Below are positions 1 to 10,762 of a DNA stretch of 25,443 bases, piece after piece. Every line of letters starts with the position of its first letter. The first letter of the stretch is position 1. Position numbers and translations under genes: made by a program. The notes beneath the pieces were generated by a model. That model was not told the origin of the DNA. It was given only the letters and a program-made list of their open reading frames with translations, and made no database searches. Origin of the DNA: Synechococcus sp. (GTDB taxonomy: Bacteria; Cyanobacteriota; Cyanobacteriia; Thermostichales; PCC-7336); contig JBFRWN010000109.1 of NCBI GenBank assembly GCA_051439605.1, positions 1 to 25,443 of the forward strand, written 5' to 3'.

Positions 1-1283
1 GTTTTGCCGAATTGTCCCTCTCTCCGTTGTATCGCCGTCAATGGTCGAGCCTGTACAAGGTACTAGAACGCAGTCGTCCTGCTCACCAAGCTCTGATGGA
101 ACTGTACTGCGAGCATCTGCCGAGCAACGAGCAAGTGGTGCTAGCGGGTGACCATAGTGCTTGGCCGCGGCTGTGGTCGAAAAGCTTGAAAGAGCGGACC
201 TACGAGCATCACCCACAAGCCAGTCCTGGAGGCAAGCCAATTACCGTTGGCCAAGGGTACAGCAGTCTGGTGTGTATCCCCGAGTTGAGTGGCAGTTGGG
301 TGTTGCCGTTGTTGCACGAACGCATTACCAGTTTTGAGACTCCGTTGGAAAAAGCAGCTCAACAGCTTGAGCAGGTATGCCAGCACCTCAAGCATCGGCC
401 ATTATCGGTGTGGGATTCAGAATATGGCTGTGCTCGCTTCCTGAGTCTGACCGCTCACATTGCCTGTGACAAAGTCATGCGCCTGCGCCCCAATCGGGTT
501 TTGTATGGTCCCCCCCCGCCCTATCAAGGGTTTGGTCGGCCTCGCAAACATGGGGAGAAGTTCAAGCTCAAGCAACCGTCCACCTGGTTAGTCCCAGACC
601 AACAGCTGGAGATACCAGATCACCAACTGGGTCAGCTCAGATTACGCTGTTGGTTCCAGATGCATTTTCGTCAGGCAGCCCATCTGCCCGTGCAATTGAT
701 ATTGCTGGAACGACTCGATGAGTCTGCTCAACGGACCCATCGTCCCCTTTGGTTAATTGCTACTGGTGAACAGCTGCCAACCCTTGAGAGAATTTGGCAA
801 CTCTACTTGAGGCGGTTCTGCATCGAGCATTGGTATCGGTTCATCAAGCAACGTCTACACTGGTGCCTGCCCCATTTGGGAACCTCTACACAAACTGAGA
901 CCTGGAGTGCTCTGATGCCTCTACTCAGCTGGCAATTGTGGTTGGCTCGCAACCACATGCAAGACCATCCGCTCCCTTGGCAAGCTCCCATGGCCAACCC
1001 AACTCCTGGACGAGCGGCTAATGGCTTTGCTGCTGTTTTGGCCAACATTGGCACACCGGCCCAATCACCCAAACCCCGCGGAAAGTCGCCTGGTTGGCCC
1101 ATCGGAAAACCGAGAACACCACGGAAACGCTTTCCAACTGTTAGGAAGAGCTACTCAAAGCCTAAAAGTCCACCCAAAGTTACAGCTTGAGCCCCTTTGC
1201 TTCTGACTTGCTCTAATTCTCTACCTGCTCAACCACTTGAGCTCAGTTGCTGCTGAATTTTCAGTTAATTGTCTAAACTCCAG
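1..1283 (+). mobile_element. Insertion sequence (IS701-like/NF041680-type DDE element), left part outside window
   Basis: Carries the transposase ORF. TTGTCTAAACTCCAG at 1269-1283 resembles right ends I recall for this cyanobacterial IS group. No HIP1 sites seen inside. The left end is not visible, so the IR pair cannot be confirmed. Confidence 0.7.
3..1190 (+). CDS. DDE transposase (IS701-like/NF041680 family), 5'-partial
   Basis: The frame is open from the window edge (FAELSLSPLYRRQWSS). Motifs include LAGDHSAWPR, VWDSEYG, YLRRFCIEHWYRFIKQRLHW and a basic C-terminus PKPRGKSPGWP. Confidence 0.9.
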   Translation, partial: FAELSLSPLYRRQWSSLYKVLERSRPAHQALMELYCEHLPSNEQVVLAGDHSAWPRLWSKSLKERTYEHHPQASPGGKPITVGQGYSSLVCIPELSGSWVLPLLHERITSFETPLEKAAQQLEQVCQHLKHRPLSVWDSEYGCARFLSLTAHIACDKVMRLRPNRVLYGPPPPYQGFGRPRKHGEKFKLKQPSTWLVPDQQLEIPDHQLGQLRLRCWFQMHFRQAAHLPVQLILLERLDESAQRTHRPLWLIATGEQLPTLERIWQLYLRRFCIEHWYRFIKQRLHWCLPHLGTSTQTETWSALMPLLSWQLWLARNHMQDHPLPWQAPMANPTPGRAANGFAAVLANIGTPAQSPKPRGKSPGWPIGKPRTPRKRFPTVRKSYSKPKSPPKVTA

Positions 1284-1285
1284 GC

Positions 1286-1591
1286 CTAAGCCTTGCATAG
1301 TCTTGGCTTTGGTACCAGAGCACTTAAGTTGTCAATACTGGCCAAACCGCGGGAGAGCATTTTGTGCGCTTGTTGGTAGTCTCCGCGACCGAGAGCGTCG
1401 ATGAATTGAATGGCGGTTTCCTCAACCTGGGTTTCGCGCTCGGAAAAATCTGCCTCCGGATCTCCCGGTTGAGGCAGCGGCATATTCGAGGCTCGTAAAG
1501 AGTTGCTCCCGTCAACTGTCGAGATCGCCTCCGCAGTCCCCAAGCCGAAAGTTATAGCGAGTGCAACCCGAATCCATGTTTTTCCCTTCAT
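1286..1591 (-). pseudogene. Secreted protein (DUF3887-like N-terminal part), probably truncated at 1341 by an IS end
   Basis: GGAG RBS before ATG 1591, signal-peptide-like N-terminus, helix AIQFIDALGRGDYQQAHKMLS. The last 17 codons (SIDNLS...) are read from the putative IS end. Confidence 0.55.
1323..1340 (-). mobile_element. Putative terminal inverted repeat of a second (IS4-family-like) element
   Basis: The minus strand reads CAGTATTGACAACTTAAG, the CA-N7-CAACTTAAG layout I recall for IS231-type IS4 ends. It coincides with the point where the neighbouring ORF loses protein-like character. Confidence 0.45.
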
Positions 1592-1689
1592 AGAAACTCC
1601 CCTTTCTCTGTAGAACGACTGATATCAGAAATATCACGACGGTAGAAGAAATGTCGCGACCCGAGACAATCGAATTGAATGATTCTTCG

Positions 1690-2028
1690 CTAGCGATTTT
1701 GTTCGAAAATGCTCAATATTGTAGAGTCGGGCTCGTCAATACATTGTTCAATACTGCGATCAGTTGCCACCCTGACGGCGTCCGTGTTGATCGTTACCTC
1801 TGCATTTTTCCCGCTGATATATCCTTGCAGAAATAGGGTTGCTGACTCTTCATCGTCCCCATCCATTAACAGCAAATCTCTGCAGGTCAATGCAGTCACA
1901 TCGACCATTTTGCCGCCATCGGAACTGCTTTCTGGTTCATCTTGGGCGAGCGCTACAGGTGAGGTGGAGAGAATCAACACAGAGACAGAAGTAACGGTCA
2001 GGGCAAGTCTGCTAAAAGAAAATTTCAT
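1690..2028 (-). CDS. HdeA/HdeB-family periplasmic acid-stress chaperone-like protein
   Basis: Signal peptide ending ALA-Q. Two Cys in HdeA-like context (DVTALTCRDLL ... IEQCIDEP) plus an FLQGY helix. ATG 2028 is preferred over TTG 2037 on GAGG spacing. Confidence 0.7.
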   Translation of the reverse strand: MKFSFSRLALTVTSVSVLILSTSPVALAQDEPESSSDGGKMVDVTALTCRDLLLMDGDDEESATLFLQGYISGKNAEVTINTDAVRVATDRSIEQCIDEPDSTILSIFEQNR

Positions 2029-2085
2029 AATAGTCAAAACCTCAACAAATACTCGAACAAACTATCTCAATCTCTTTCGCCAACC

Positions 2086-2454
2086 CTAGTAACGTACTCG
2101 ACCGTTTATGCAATCGTTGTACGCAATTCTATAAAGGTAATCGTAATCGGATGATTGGCGAGCTGTTCCAGTGATGCCTCCCACTAAGGCACCAATGCCC
2201 GCTCCCGTTCCGGCGTCACCCGCGATCGCCCCAAAAATGGCACCGCCTGCGGCACCTCGCCCCGTACTTCTGAGGGCTTGCCCCTGTGAATTGCGCCGGG
2301 CATAGTCCCTGGCATACTGTTCGCAATAAGATACCGATTGAGCTGAGGCCTGTGTCACAAACAGGCAAGCCAAGCCAAGTCCGAACGGTATTGCGATCGC
2401 AAAATTCCTAACCACCCGTCTAGGGGAACGTTTTATCATCTGGCTAGTCATCAC
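2086..2454 (-). CDS. Exported glycine-zipper domain protein
   Basis: Signal peptide (ASA-Q), then CEQYA, a glycine zipper GAAGGAIFGAIAGDAGTGAGIGALVGG, and a terminal YNDCING Cys. Confidence 0.75.
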   Translation of the reverse strand: MMTSQMIKRSPRRVVRNFAIAIPFGLGLACLFVTQASAQSVSYCEQYARDYARRNSQGQALRSTGRGAAGGAIFGAIAGDAGTGAGIGALVGGITGTARQSSDYDYLYRIAYNDCINGRVRY

Positions 2455-3176
2455 CCCTGTTTCGTTGACTTCTGTCGCATGTACGATTCAAACCTAACCT
2501 TAGAAACAAGGCAGACAAACATCAAATTCGTTAACCTAATCTTCAGAAATCAGCCGTCGTTGACGTATCAACGTATCTACCAGACTCCATTCGATTGATT
2601 ATTTTTGATGCAAACTCTTAAATAAAATGGGTTGTGATTCTTCAGTGAATCAGAACGGGGTAGCAATAAAATCTTGAGGAACAAAAACCAGAGTTGTACG
2701 TCTTAATGGCCCCTAAAGCTGTTTTTTTGCCACTACTCTTATCTTAAGAACCTGCAAAATCGCAAACTGCCATAACATCTCACGGATCTTGACCTACTCT
2801 TAATGGAAGTGAGATAACGTCTAAAAAGAATTGAGGATGGAACTCCCAGTAATCATTGCATGACTCTTTCAGTTACGATTCTTTGCTGATTGATATCTTC
2901 TTTGGATCTTTGTCCTACTGACAGTTGATTGCAGATGACTCGCTGCGGTTTTCATAAGTGAGTCTAGAATGAGCTTAATTTTGCCAACATCTGGCATGTT
3001 TAACGCTTCAGTAGCCCCTACATTGCATTTTCGCAAGAGCAATTTCAATTCAATGGTTCAAACAACTGTCCTCAATGCTCGATCTCGTCCCACTGTCTTT
3101 CACCAGAGCAGCTATCGCTGAAAGGCTACCGCTCATTGATTTCCGTGCCCGTTATTGATTCCCGAGCGAGCTATCC

Positions 3177-4616
3177 ATGACCGACCCATCCTCATATATT
3201 CCATCTCCACACACAAAAATTGTTGCCACGATTGGCCCCGCCAGCAGTTCCCCAGAAATTCTCAAGCAAATGGTTCGAGCGGGTATGAGCGTGGCTCGGC
3301 TGAACTTTTCCCACGGTAGCTACGACGACCACGCAAAAACCGTCTCAACGCTCCGGGCTGTTTCGGAAGAACTGGATACCCCGATTACGATTTTGCAAGA
3401 CCTACAGGGGCCAAAAATCCGGGTCGGCAAATTGTCCCACGAACCCTTCACGTTGAAGGAGGGAGAAACCCTTGCTCTTGTCCCCGTGGCCAATTTCACC
3501 GGTCAACCGAATACGGTGGCGATCGACTATCCCTATCTAGCAGAGGATGCACAGCCGGGGATGCAAGTGTTGCTGGATGACGGACTCTTAGAACTCAAGG
3601 TCGAGGCAGTGACCCCCCCTGCAGTATTCTGCAGAATTATTCAAGGAGGGCCGCTCAAAAGTCGTAAAGGGGTCAATCTACCTGACTTAAACGTGCGCCT
3701 GCCCTCTATGACTGACAAAGACAAGCAAGACTTGGAATTTGGGGTGTCGCAGGGAGTGGATGTTGTCTCCTTAAGCTTTGTTCGCAAAGGGGAAGATATT
3801 CGTGCCCTCAAACAGCTGTTGGCCGAACAGGGAGCAGGGGATATACCGGTGTTGGCCAAAATCGAGAAGCCACAGGCGATCGCCAACCTGGATGAAATTC
3901 TAGACGAATGCGATGCGGTGATGGTGGCGCGCGGAGACTTGGGGGTGGAGGTGAGCTCTGAAAAAGTACCGCTCCTGCAAAAGAAAATTATCGCCGAATG
4001 CAATCGCCGAGGAATTCCGGCCATCACCGCCACCCAAATGCTGGAGAGCATGATTCGCAACCCCCGACCCACGCGAGCTGAGGCCAGCGATGTGGCCAAC
4101 GCGATCGCTGACGGTACCGATGCTGTCATGCTCTCGGGGGAGTCGGCGATGGGAGCCTTTCCAGTGAAGGCAGTGGAAATGATGGCCCGCATTGCCGCCG
4201 ACATCGAGCCGGAAATCGAGTTTGTTAACTATCCTCCTGCCGAAACGGACGAAACCCACGCTCTCGTGGAAGCCCTGAACGACATCGATCGCATCCTCGA
4301 TCTGAAATGCATTGTTGCCTTTACCAGCACGGGGTATACGGCATTGGTGGCTTCGAAAGAACGCCCGAAAGCACCGGTGATTGCCGTTACCCCCGATCGA
4401 AACGTCTACCATCGGTTGAATTTGATATGGGGGGTCATCCCTTTGCTCATCGAACGCCAGGTGGAAACCTTTGAAGAATTAGTGGAACAGGCACAGACAT
4501 TGTTGGTAAGGCGCAAACTGGCAAGTGCAGGAGACAAGATTTTGATTGTGGGGGGGATTCCCACTCAGCAGGGGCGGGGGACAAACTTTTTGAAGATTCA
4601 TATGCTCGGTTATTAG
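3177..4616 (+). CDS. pyk: Pyruvate kinase
   Basis: [61 protein letters not shown]. Confidence 0.98.
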   Translation: MTDPSSYIPSPHTKIVATIGPASSSPEILKQMVRAGMSVARLNFSHGSYDDHAKTVSTLRAVSEELDTPITILQDLQGPKIRVGKLSHEPFTLKEGETLALVPVANFTGQPNTVAIDYPYLAEDAQPGMQVLLDDGLLELKVEAVTPPAVFCRIIQGGPLKSRKGVNLPDLNVRLPSMTDKDKQDLEFGVSQGVDVVSLSFVRKGEDIRALKQLLAEQGAGDIPVLAKIEKPQAIANLDEILDECDAVMVARGDLGVEVSSEKVPLLQKKIIAECNRRGIPAITATQMLESMIRNPRPTRAEASDVANAIADGTDAVMLSGESAMGAFPVKAVEMMARIAADIEPEIEFVNYPPAETDETHALVEALNDIDRILDLKCIVAFTSTGYTALVASKERPKAPVIAVTPDRNVYHRLNLIWGVIPLLIERQVETFEELVEQAQTLLVRRKLASAGDKILIVGGIPTQQGRGTNFLKIHMLGY

Positions 4617-4682
4617 TCTTTAGGGTTGCCAGTAGGACTAAGAGCAAAGGACAAAGGACGGTTCGCGAAGGGGAGTTAGTTG

Positions 4683-5381
4683 ATGGCGAAGTTGATCTTA
4701 ATTCGACACGGTCAAAGCCTGTGGAATGCTGCAAACAAGTTCACGGGCTGGGTGGATGTGCCCTTAAGCGAGCGAGGTCGGGCTGAAGCCACGATCGCCT
4801 CTTGCAAGCTGCGGGATTATCGAGTGGATGTGTGCTTTACCAGCATGCTGATGCGGGCGATGGAGACGGCGGTGATTTGCCTGACGGAAGTGGACGAGAT
4901 TTGTAACGGCAAAATCCCCGTTATCAAGCACGGTGAAGACGATCCCAACTGGCATGGTTGGGATCGATACGCAGGCGATTCTGAACTGGAGCTACCTATT
5001 TATCCCAGTGCGGCGCTGGACGAACGACACTACGGTGACCTGCAGGGTTTGAATAAGGCAGAGACTGCTAAAAAGTTTGGGGACGAGCAGGTGAGCGAAT
5101 GGCGACGATCGTTCTCGGTGCGGCCTCCGGGGGGGGAGAGTTTGGAGGACACCCTGAAGCGGGCGGTGCCGTTTTTTCGCGATCGCATCCTCGCTCACCT
5201 CAAACAAGGGGATAACGTCCTAGTCTCCGCCCACGGCAATTCGCTGCGCTCCATCATCATGGAGCTGGACAAGCTGAGCCCGGAAGAAGTTCCCAAACTG
5301 GAATTAAAAACGGGGGTGCCGACTGTCTACGACATCGACTCGCAGGGAACCGTGGCAGAGAAGGTTGTTTTAGACAACTGA
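4683..5381 (+). CDS. gpmA: 2,3-bisphosphoglycerate-dependent phosphoglycerate mutase
   Basis: LIRHGQSLWNAANKFTGWVDVPLS, ERHYGDLQGLNK, WRRS, SAHGNSLR. GGGAG RBS lies 7 nt before ATG 4683. Confidence 0.95.
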   Translation: MAKLILIRHGQSLWNAANKFTGWVDVPLSERGRAEATIASCKLRDYRVDVCFTSMLMRAMETAVICLTEVDEICNGKIPVIKHGEDDPNWHGWDRYAGDSELELPIYPSAALDERHYGDLQGLNKAETAKKFGDEQVSEWRRSFSVRPPGGESLEDTLKRAVPFFRDRILAHLKQGDNVLVSAHGNSLRSIIMELDKLSPEEVPKLELKTGVPTVYDIDSQGTVAEKVVLDN

Positions 5382-5491
5382 TACCGATTACCCCCCTGAC
5401 AGTTCAACGGATGACGTCCCCTGCCACTCCAAAGAGCCCTCCCTCAATCATCCCCGTTGATATTCAAGTTTTTTCATCAGAGGAACCGATT

Positions 5492-8029
5492 GTGACCCAA
5501 GCACCAAACAGACTCGCTTCAGCAGCAATCCCCACCCCTGAAGACGATCGCACCGGCTTAAGCGTCGAAACCCTCAGGCGCGCGATGGCAGATAACCTCT
5601 ATTACATCCAGGGCAAATTACCCGAAATCGCCACTCTCAACGATTTCTACATGGCGCTTGCTTATACGGTCCGCGATCGCCTGTTGCAACGTTGGCTTGG
5701 CACGCTCCGGACTTACATCAAGAAAAATGTCAAAGTGGTGTGCTACCTGTCGGCAGAATTTTTAGAAGGGCCGCATTTGGGCAATAACCTGATTAATTTA
5801 GGAATTTACGATCGGGTAAGTCAGGCAGTGGAAGAATCGGGACTTGATTTAGACACATTAATCGGGCAAGAAGAAGAACCCGGCCTGGGCAATGGCGGCC
5901 TCGGTCGCCTGGCAGCCTGCTATATGGCTTCTCTATCCAGCCTTGAAATTCCTGCCATTGGTTACGGCATTCGCTACGAATACGGCATTTTCGATCAGGA
6001 AATTCGTGACGGCTGGCAGGTGGAAATCACCGATAAATGGTTGCAACTGGGCAATCCTTGGGAGCTACCGCGCCCGGAATCCAGTGTCATGGTGAAATTC
6101 GGAGGTCACACCGAGCCTTATACCGACGACCGTGGGGACTATCGCGTCCAATGGGTGCCGGACTACGTGCTCAAGGGCATTCCCTACGACACTCCGATTT
6201 TGGGATACAAGGTGTATACCGCCAATACGCTGCGGTTGTGGAAATCGGAGGCCTGCGAATCGTTCGATTTTCAGCGCTTCAACGTGGGGGACTACTACGG
6301 TTCGGTCAACGATAAAACCATTTCTGAAAACCTGACAAAGGTTCTGTATCCCAATGACGAACCGATTCAGGGCAAAGAACTGCGCCTACAGCAACAGTAT
6401 TTCTTTGTTTCTTGCTCCCTGCAAGACATGATCCGCATTCACCGGGCGAAAGGGAAGGGCTTAGAAACTTTCCACGAGAGTTTTGCCGCTCAACTGAACG
6501 ATACCCATCCCTCTGTTGCTGTTGCCGAATTAATGCGCCTGCTGGTGGACGAGCACTACATGGATTGGGAAAAAGCTTGGGATATCACCTACAAAACCTT
6601 TGGCTATACCAACCACACCCTCTTGCCCGAAGCGTTGGAGAAATGGCCCCTCAGTATTTTCGGTCGCATTCTGCCCCGCCATTTAGAGATCGTCTACGAA
6701 ATCAACCGCCGCTTTCTCGATCGCGTGCGCATTCATTATCCGAACGATAACGGAAAGCTGGCCCGCATGTCGCTGATTGACGACAGCGGCGAAAAGTACG
6801 TCCGCATGGCAAATCTGGCCACGGTTGGCAGTCACGCCGTCAACGGAGTGGCCGCCCTGCACAGCGAACTGGTCAAGCAAGATCTGATGCCGGACTTTTA
6901 CGACTACTGGCCGGATAAGTTTTTCAACGTCACCAATGGCGTTACCCCCCGTCGCTGGATGGTGTTGAGCAATCCCAAGCTGGCGGATTTGATTACCAGT
7001 CGAATTGGGGAAAATTGGATCGGTCACCTAGACGACCTAAAGAAGCTAGAAACCCTTGCTGACGACGCCGGATTCCGCCAAGAATGGCGACAGGTGAAAC
7101 TGGCCGCCAAACAGAAACTGGCCGATCGCCTCAAAGCAAGAACTGGGATCGCGATCGATCCCAACTCGATGTTCGACATTCAGGTGAAGCGCATTCACGA
7201 ATACAAGCGCCAGCACCTGAACGTCTTGCACATCATTACCCTATACAACCGAATCAAGCAGAATCCGAATCTAGACATTACCCCGCGCACCTTTATCTTT
7301 GGCGGTAAGGCCGCCCCCGGCTATGACATGGCCAAGCTGATTATCAAGCTGATTAACTCGGTGGGGGACATCGTCAACACCGATCCCGACGTGCGCGATC
7401 GCCTCAAGGTGGCATTCGTGCCGGACTATAACGTCACCAACAGCCAACCGGTTTACCCGGCGGCAGATCTGTCCGAGCAGATTTCCACAGCGGGTAAAGA
7501 AGCTTCCGGCACCGGCAACATGAAATTTATGATGAACGGTGCTGTAACCATCGGCACGCTGGACGGTGCCAACGTCGAGATGCGAGAGGAAGTAGGGGCA
7601 AAAAATTTCTTTTTGTTCGGCCTCACCACTGAAGAAGTTACCAATCTCTGGGCCACAGGCTATAACCCAAACGATTATTACAATTCCAATGCTGAGTTGA
7701 AACAGGCGATCGACCTAATCGGCTCCGGCATGTTCTCCCGCGGCGATCGCGACCTGTTTAAACCGATCGTCGATTCCTTGCGTTACAGCGATCCCTTCCT
7801 GCTGCTGGCGGACTACCCGTCCTACATCGACTGTCAGGGGAGGGTGGGCGAAGCCTATAAAGAGACCGACAGCTGGACCCGCATGTCTATACTCAATTCC
7901 GCCCGTTCCGGTAAGTTTTCCAGCGATCGTTCGATTCAGGATTACTGCCGAGACATCTGGGGGGCCAAACCCGTCAAGGTGGAGTTGGAGGAGTACGTTC
8001 AGAGCAAGGCGGGTTTGAGCGTCAGGTAA
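5492..8029 (+). CDS. glgP: Glycogen/starch/alpha-glucan phosphorylase
   Basis: GLGNGGLGRLAAC, QLNDTHP, VKRIHEYKRQ and the PLP-lysine motif EASGTGNMKF. The ORF is open from 5411; GTG 5492 after GAGGA is the likelier start. Confidence 0.97.
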   Translation: MTQAPNRLASAAIPTPEDDRTGLSVETLRRAMADNLYYIQGKLPEIATLNDFYMALAYTVRDRLLQRWLGTLRTYIKKNVKVVCYLSAEFLEGPHLGNNLINLGIYDRVSQAVEESGLDLDTLIGQEEEPGLGNGGLGRLAACYMASLSSLEIPAIGYGIRYEYGIFDQEIRDGWQVEITDKWLQLGNPWELPRPESSVMVKFGGHTEPYTDDRGDYRVQWVPDYVLKGIPYDTPILGYKVYTANTLRLWKSEACESFDFQRFNVGDYYGSVNDKTISENLTKVLYPNDEPIQGKELRLQQQYFFVSCSLQDMIRIHRAKGKGLETFHESFAAQLNDTHPSVAVAELMRLLVDEHYMDWEKAWDITYKTFGYTNHTLLPEALEKWPLSIFGRILPRHLEIVYEINRRFLDRVRIHYPNDNGKLARMSLIDDSGEKYVRMANLATVGSHAVNGVAALHSELVKQDLMPDFYDYWPDKFFNVTNGVTPRRWMVLSNPKLADLITSRIGENWIGHLDDLKKLETLADDAGFRQEWRQVKLAAKQKLADRLKARTGIAIDPNSMFDIQVKRIHEYKRQHLNVLHIITLYNRIKQNPNLDITPRTFIFGGKAAPGYDMAKLIIKLINSVGDIVNTDPDVRDRLKVAFVPDYNVTNSQPVYPAADLSEQISTAGKEASGTGNMKFMMNGAVTIGTLDGANVEMREEVGAKNFFLFGLTTEEVTNLWATGYNPNDYYNSNAELKQAIDLIGSGMFSRGDRDLFKPIVDSLRYSDPFLLLADYPSYIDCQGRVGEAYKETDSWTRMSILNSARSGKFSSDRSIQDYCRDIWGAKPVKVELEEYVQSKAGLSVR

Positions 8030-8069
8030 CTGGCTCGCTAAAGGGGAGTTCTTTTCAAGAGGTGTAATC

Positions 8070-9080
8070 GTGAAAGTCGCAGTCTTTAGCAGCAAAAAGT
8101 ACGATCGAGAATCTTTGCAAGCCGCCAATCGGGATGGCGAACACGAGCTAACGTTTTTCGAACCTCGCTTGACAGCGGTCACGGCTCCTTTGGCCGCAGG
8201 ATTTCCCGCCGTCTGCGCGTTCATTAACGATACCCTCGATGCCGATGCCCTGGAGGTGCTGGCGGCTGGAGGTACCCAATTAATCGCCCTGCGATCGGCG
8301 GGATTCAACCACGTCGATTTATCGATGGCGGCGAAATTGGGGCTGACGGTGGTGCGGGTTCCAGCCTATTCTCCCTATGCGGTTGCCGAACATGCCGTTG
8401 GCCTGATTTTGATGCTGAATCGCAAGCTGAATCGAGCCTACAATCGCGTCCGCGACGACAACTTCTCTCTAGAGGGGTTATTAGGATTCGACCTATTCGG
8501 CTCCACAGTTGGCATTGTGGGCACCGGCCAAATTGGATTGTGTTTTGCCCGCATCATGCACGGTTTCGGCTGCCACTTGCTAGCCTACGACCCGTTTGAA
8601 AATCCAGCAATTTCCGAGATGGGGGGTCGGTATGTCAGCTTGCCGGAATTGCTAGCCGAGTCCGATATCGTCTCGCTGCACTGTCCCTTAATGCCGGAAA
8701 CCCAGCACCTAATCAACGCTGACACGCTGCAGGATCTGAAACCAGGAGCCATGCTCATTAACACCAGCCGAGGGGGGTTGATCGATACCAAGGCGGCGAT
8801 CGATGCCATCAAATCCGGGATTATCGGCTATTTCGGCATTGACGTATACGAAGATGAGGAAAATCTTTTTTTCGAAGATTTATCCGACACCATCATTCAG
8901 GACGATTCGATTCAGCTGCTACAGTCCTTCCCGAATGTAGTCATCACCGCCCATCAGGGGTTCTTTACCCGCAATGCCCTGCAAAACATTGCGGTTACTA
9001 CCCTCCATAACATCTCTGCGTTCGAACGGGGTGCCCCCCTCAAGAACGAAGTCGCTTACAGGCCGCAGGTTCCTGCTTAA
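8070..9080 (+). CDS. ldhA: D-lactate dehydrogenase (D-2-hydroxyacid dehydrogenase family)
   Basis: RSAGFNHVDL, RVPAYSPYAVAEH, GIVGTGQIG, INTSRGGL, DVYEDEENLFF, TAHQGFFT (E. coli LdhA-like). Confidence 0.9.
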   Translation: MKVAVFSSKKYDRESLQAANRDGEHELTFFEPRLTAVTAPLAAGFPAVCAFINDTLDADALEVLAAGGTQLIALRSAGFNHVDLSMAAKLGLTVVRVPAYSPYAVAEHAVGLILMLNRKLNRAYNRVRDDNFSLEGLLGFDLFGSTVGIVGTGQIGLCFARIMHGFGCHLLAYDPFENPAISEMGGRYVSLPELLAESDIVSLHCPLMPETQHLINADTLQDLKPGAMLINTSRGGLIDTKAAIDAIKSGIIGYFGIDVYEDEENLFFEDLSDTIIQDDSIQLLQSFPNVVITAHQGFFTRNALQNIAVTTLHNISAFERGAPLKNEVAYRPQVPA

Positions 9081-9175
9081 TCCAGCGGGCATTCACCATA
9101 CCCGCAAGTAGACAGAACAACTCTCGCACCCATTCCTCATGCCCGTCACACGCACAGACATTCATTGACATTTGA

Positions 9176-10213
<1,038 letters not shown>

Positions 10214-10762
10214 AACGCTTATTCCGATGCAGAGATATAGATAGAAGTGAAGATTGAACGGTCGATTTTGTATAAAAATATATTTGGAGATCGGAATTCA
10301 AATGTAGATCGACACCTCTTGAAGGGCGATAAATTCTATTCAATTTATGCAAGATGAATGCCCGTCACAAGGTCTTCCTCATTTCGATATATCTTGCGAC
10401 AAAGAGTAGCGATATGGAGATACGTGCCACCTCCATAGCAAGGAAGGGGACTTTATGTCTAGATTAATCGGCAAAGCTTAAGGGTTTTTTAATTAACCTC
10501 TTCTTAAACTTGTACTTGCTATTTTGCTTTTAGGATGATGAAGAATTTCAGATTGAAGTGAAATCCGATCTTTAATTCAAAAGGCTTAAGGGAATTATTA
10601 GATTTTCCATCGTTTGCCATTATTTCTTCTAGCATAGTTTGTTAGTTTTTCAGCTAATGTTACGAAAACTGCTTGCATCTCCAATTCTTTGAACTCAAGC
10701 ATCTTTTTTGCTTTTTGAAAGGGGGTTTACGCAGTCCAGTCATACAAAATTAGGAGAACGTT

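Noticed and set aside
2560..2571. FNR box upstream of the fermentation genes
   Set aside because: TTGAC-GT-ATCAA has a 2-nt spacer rather than the required TTGAT-N4-ATCAA.
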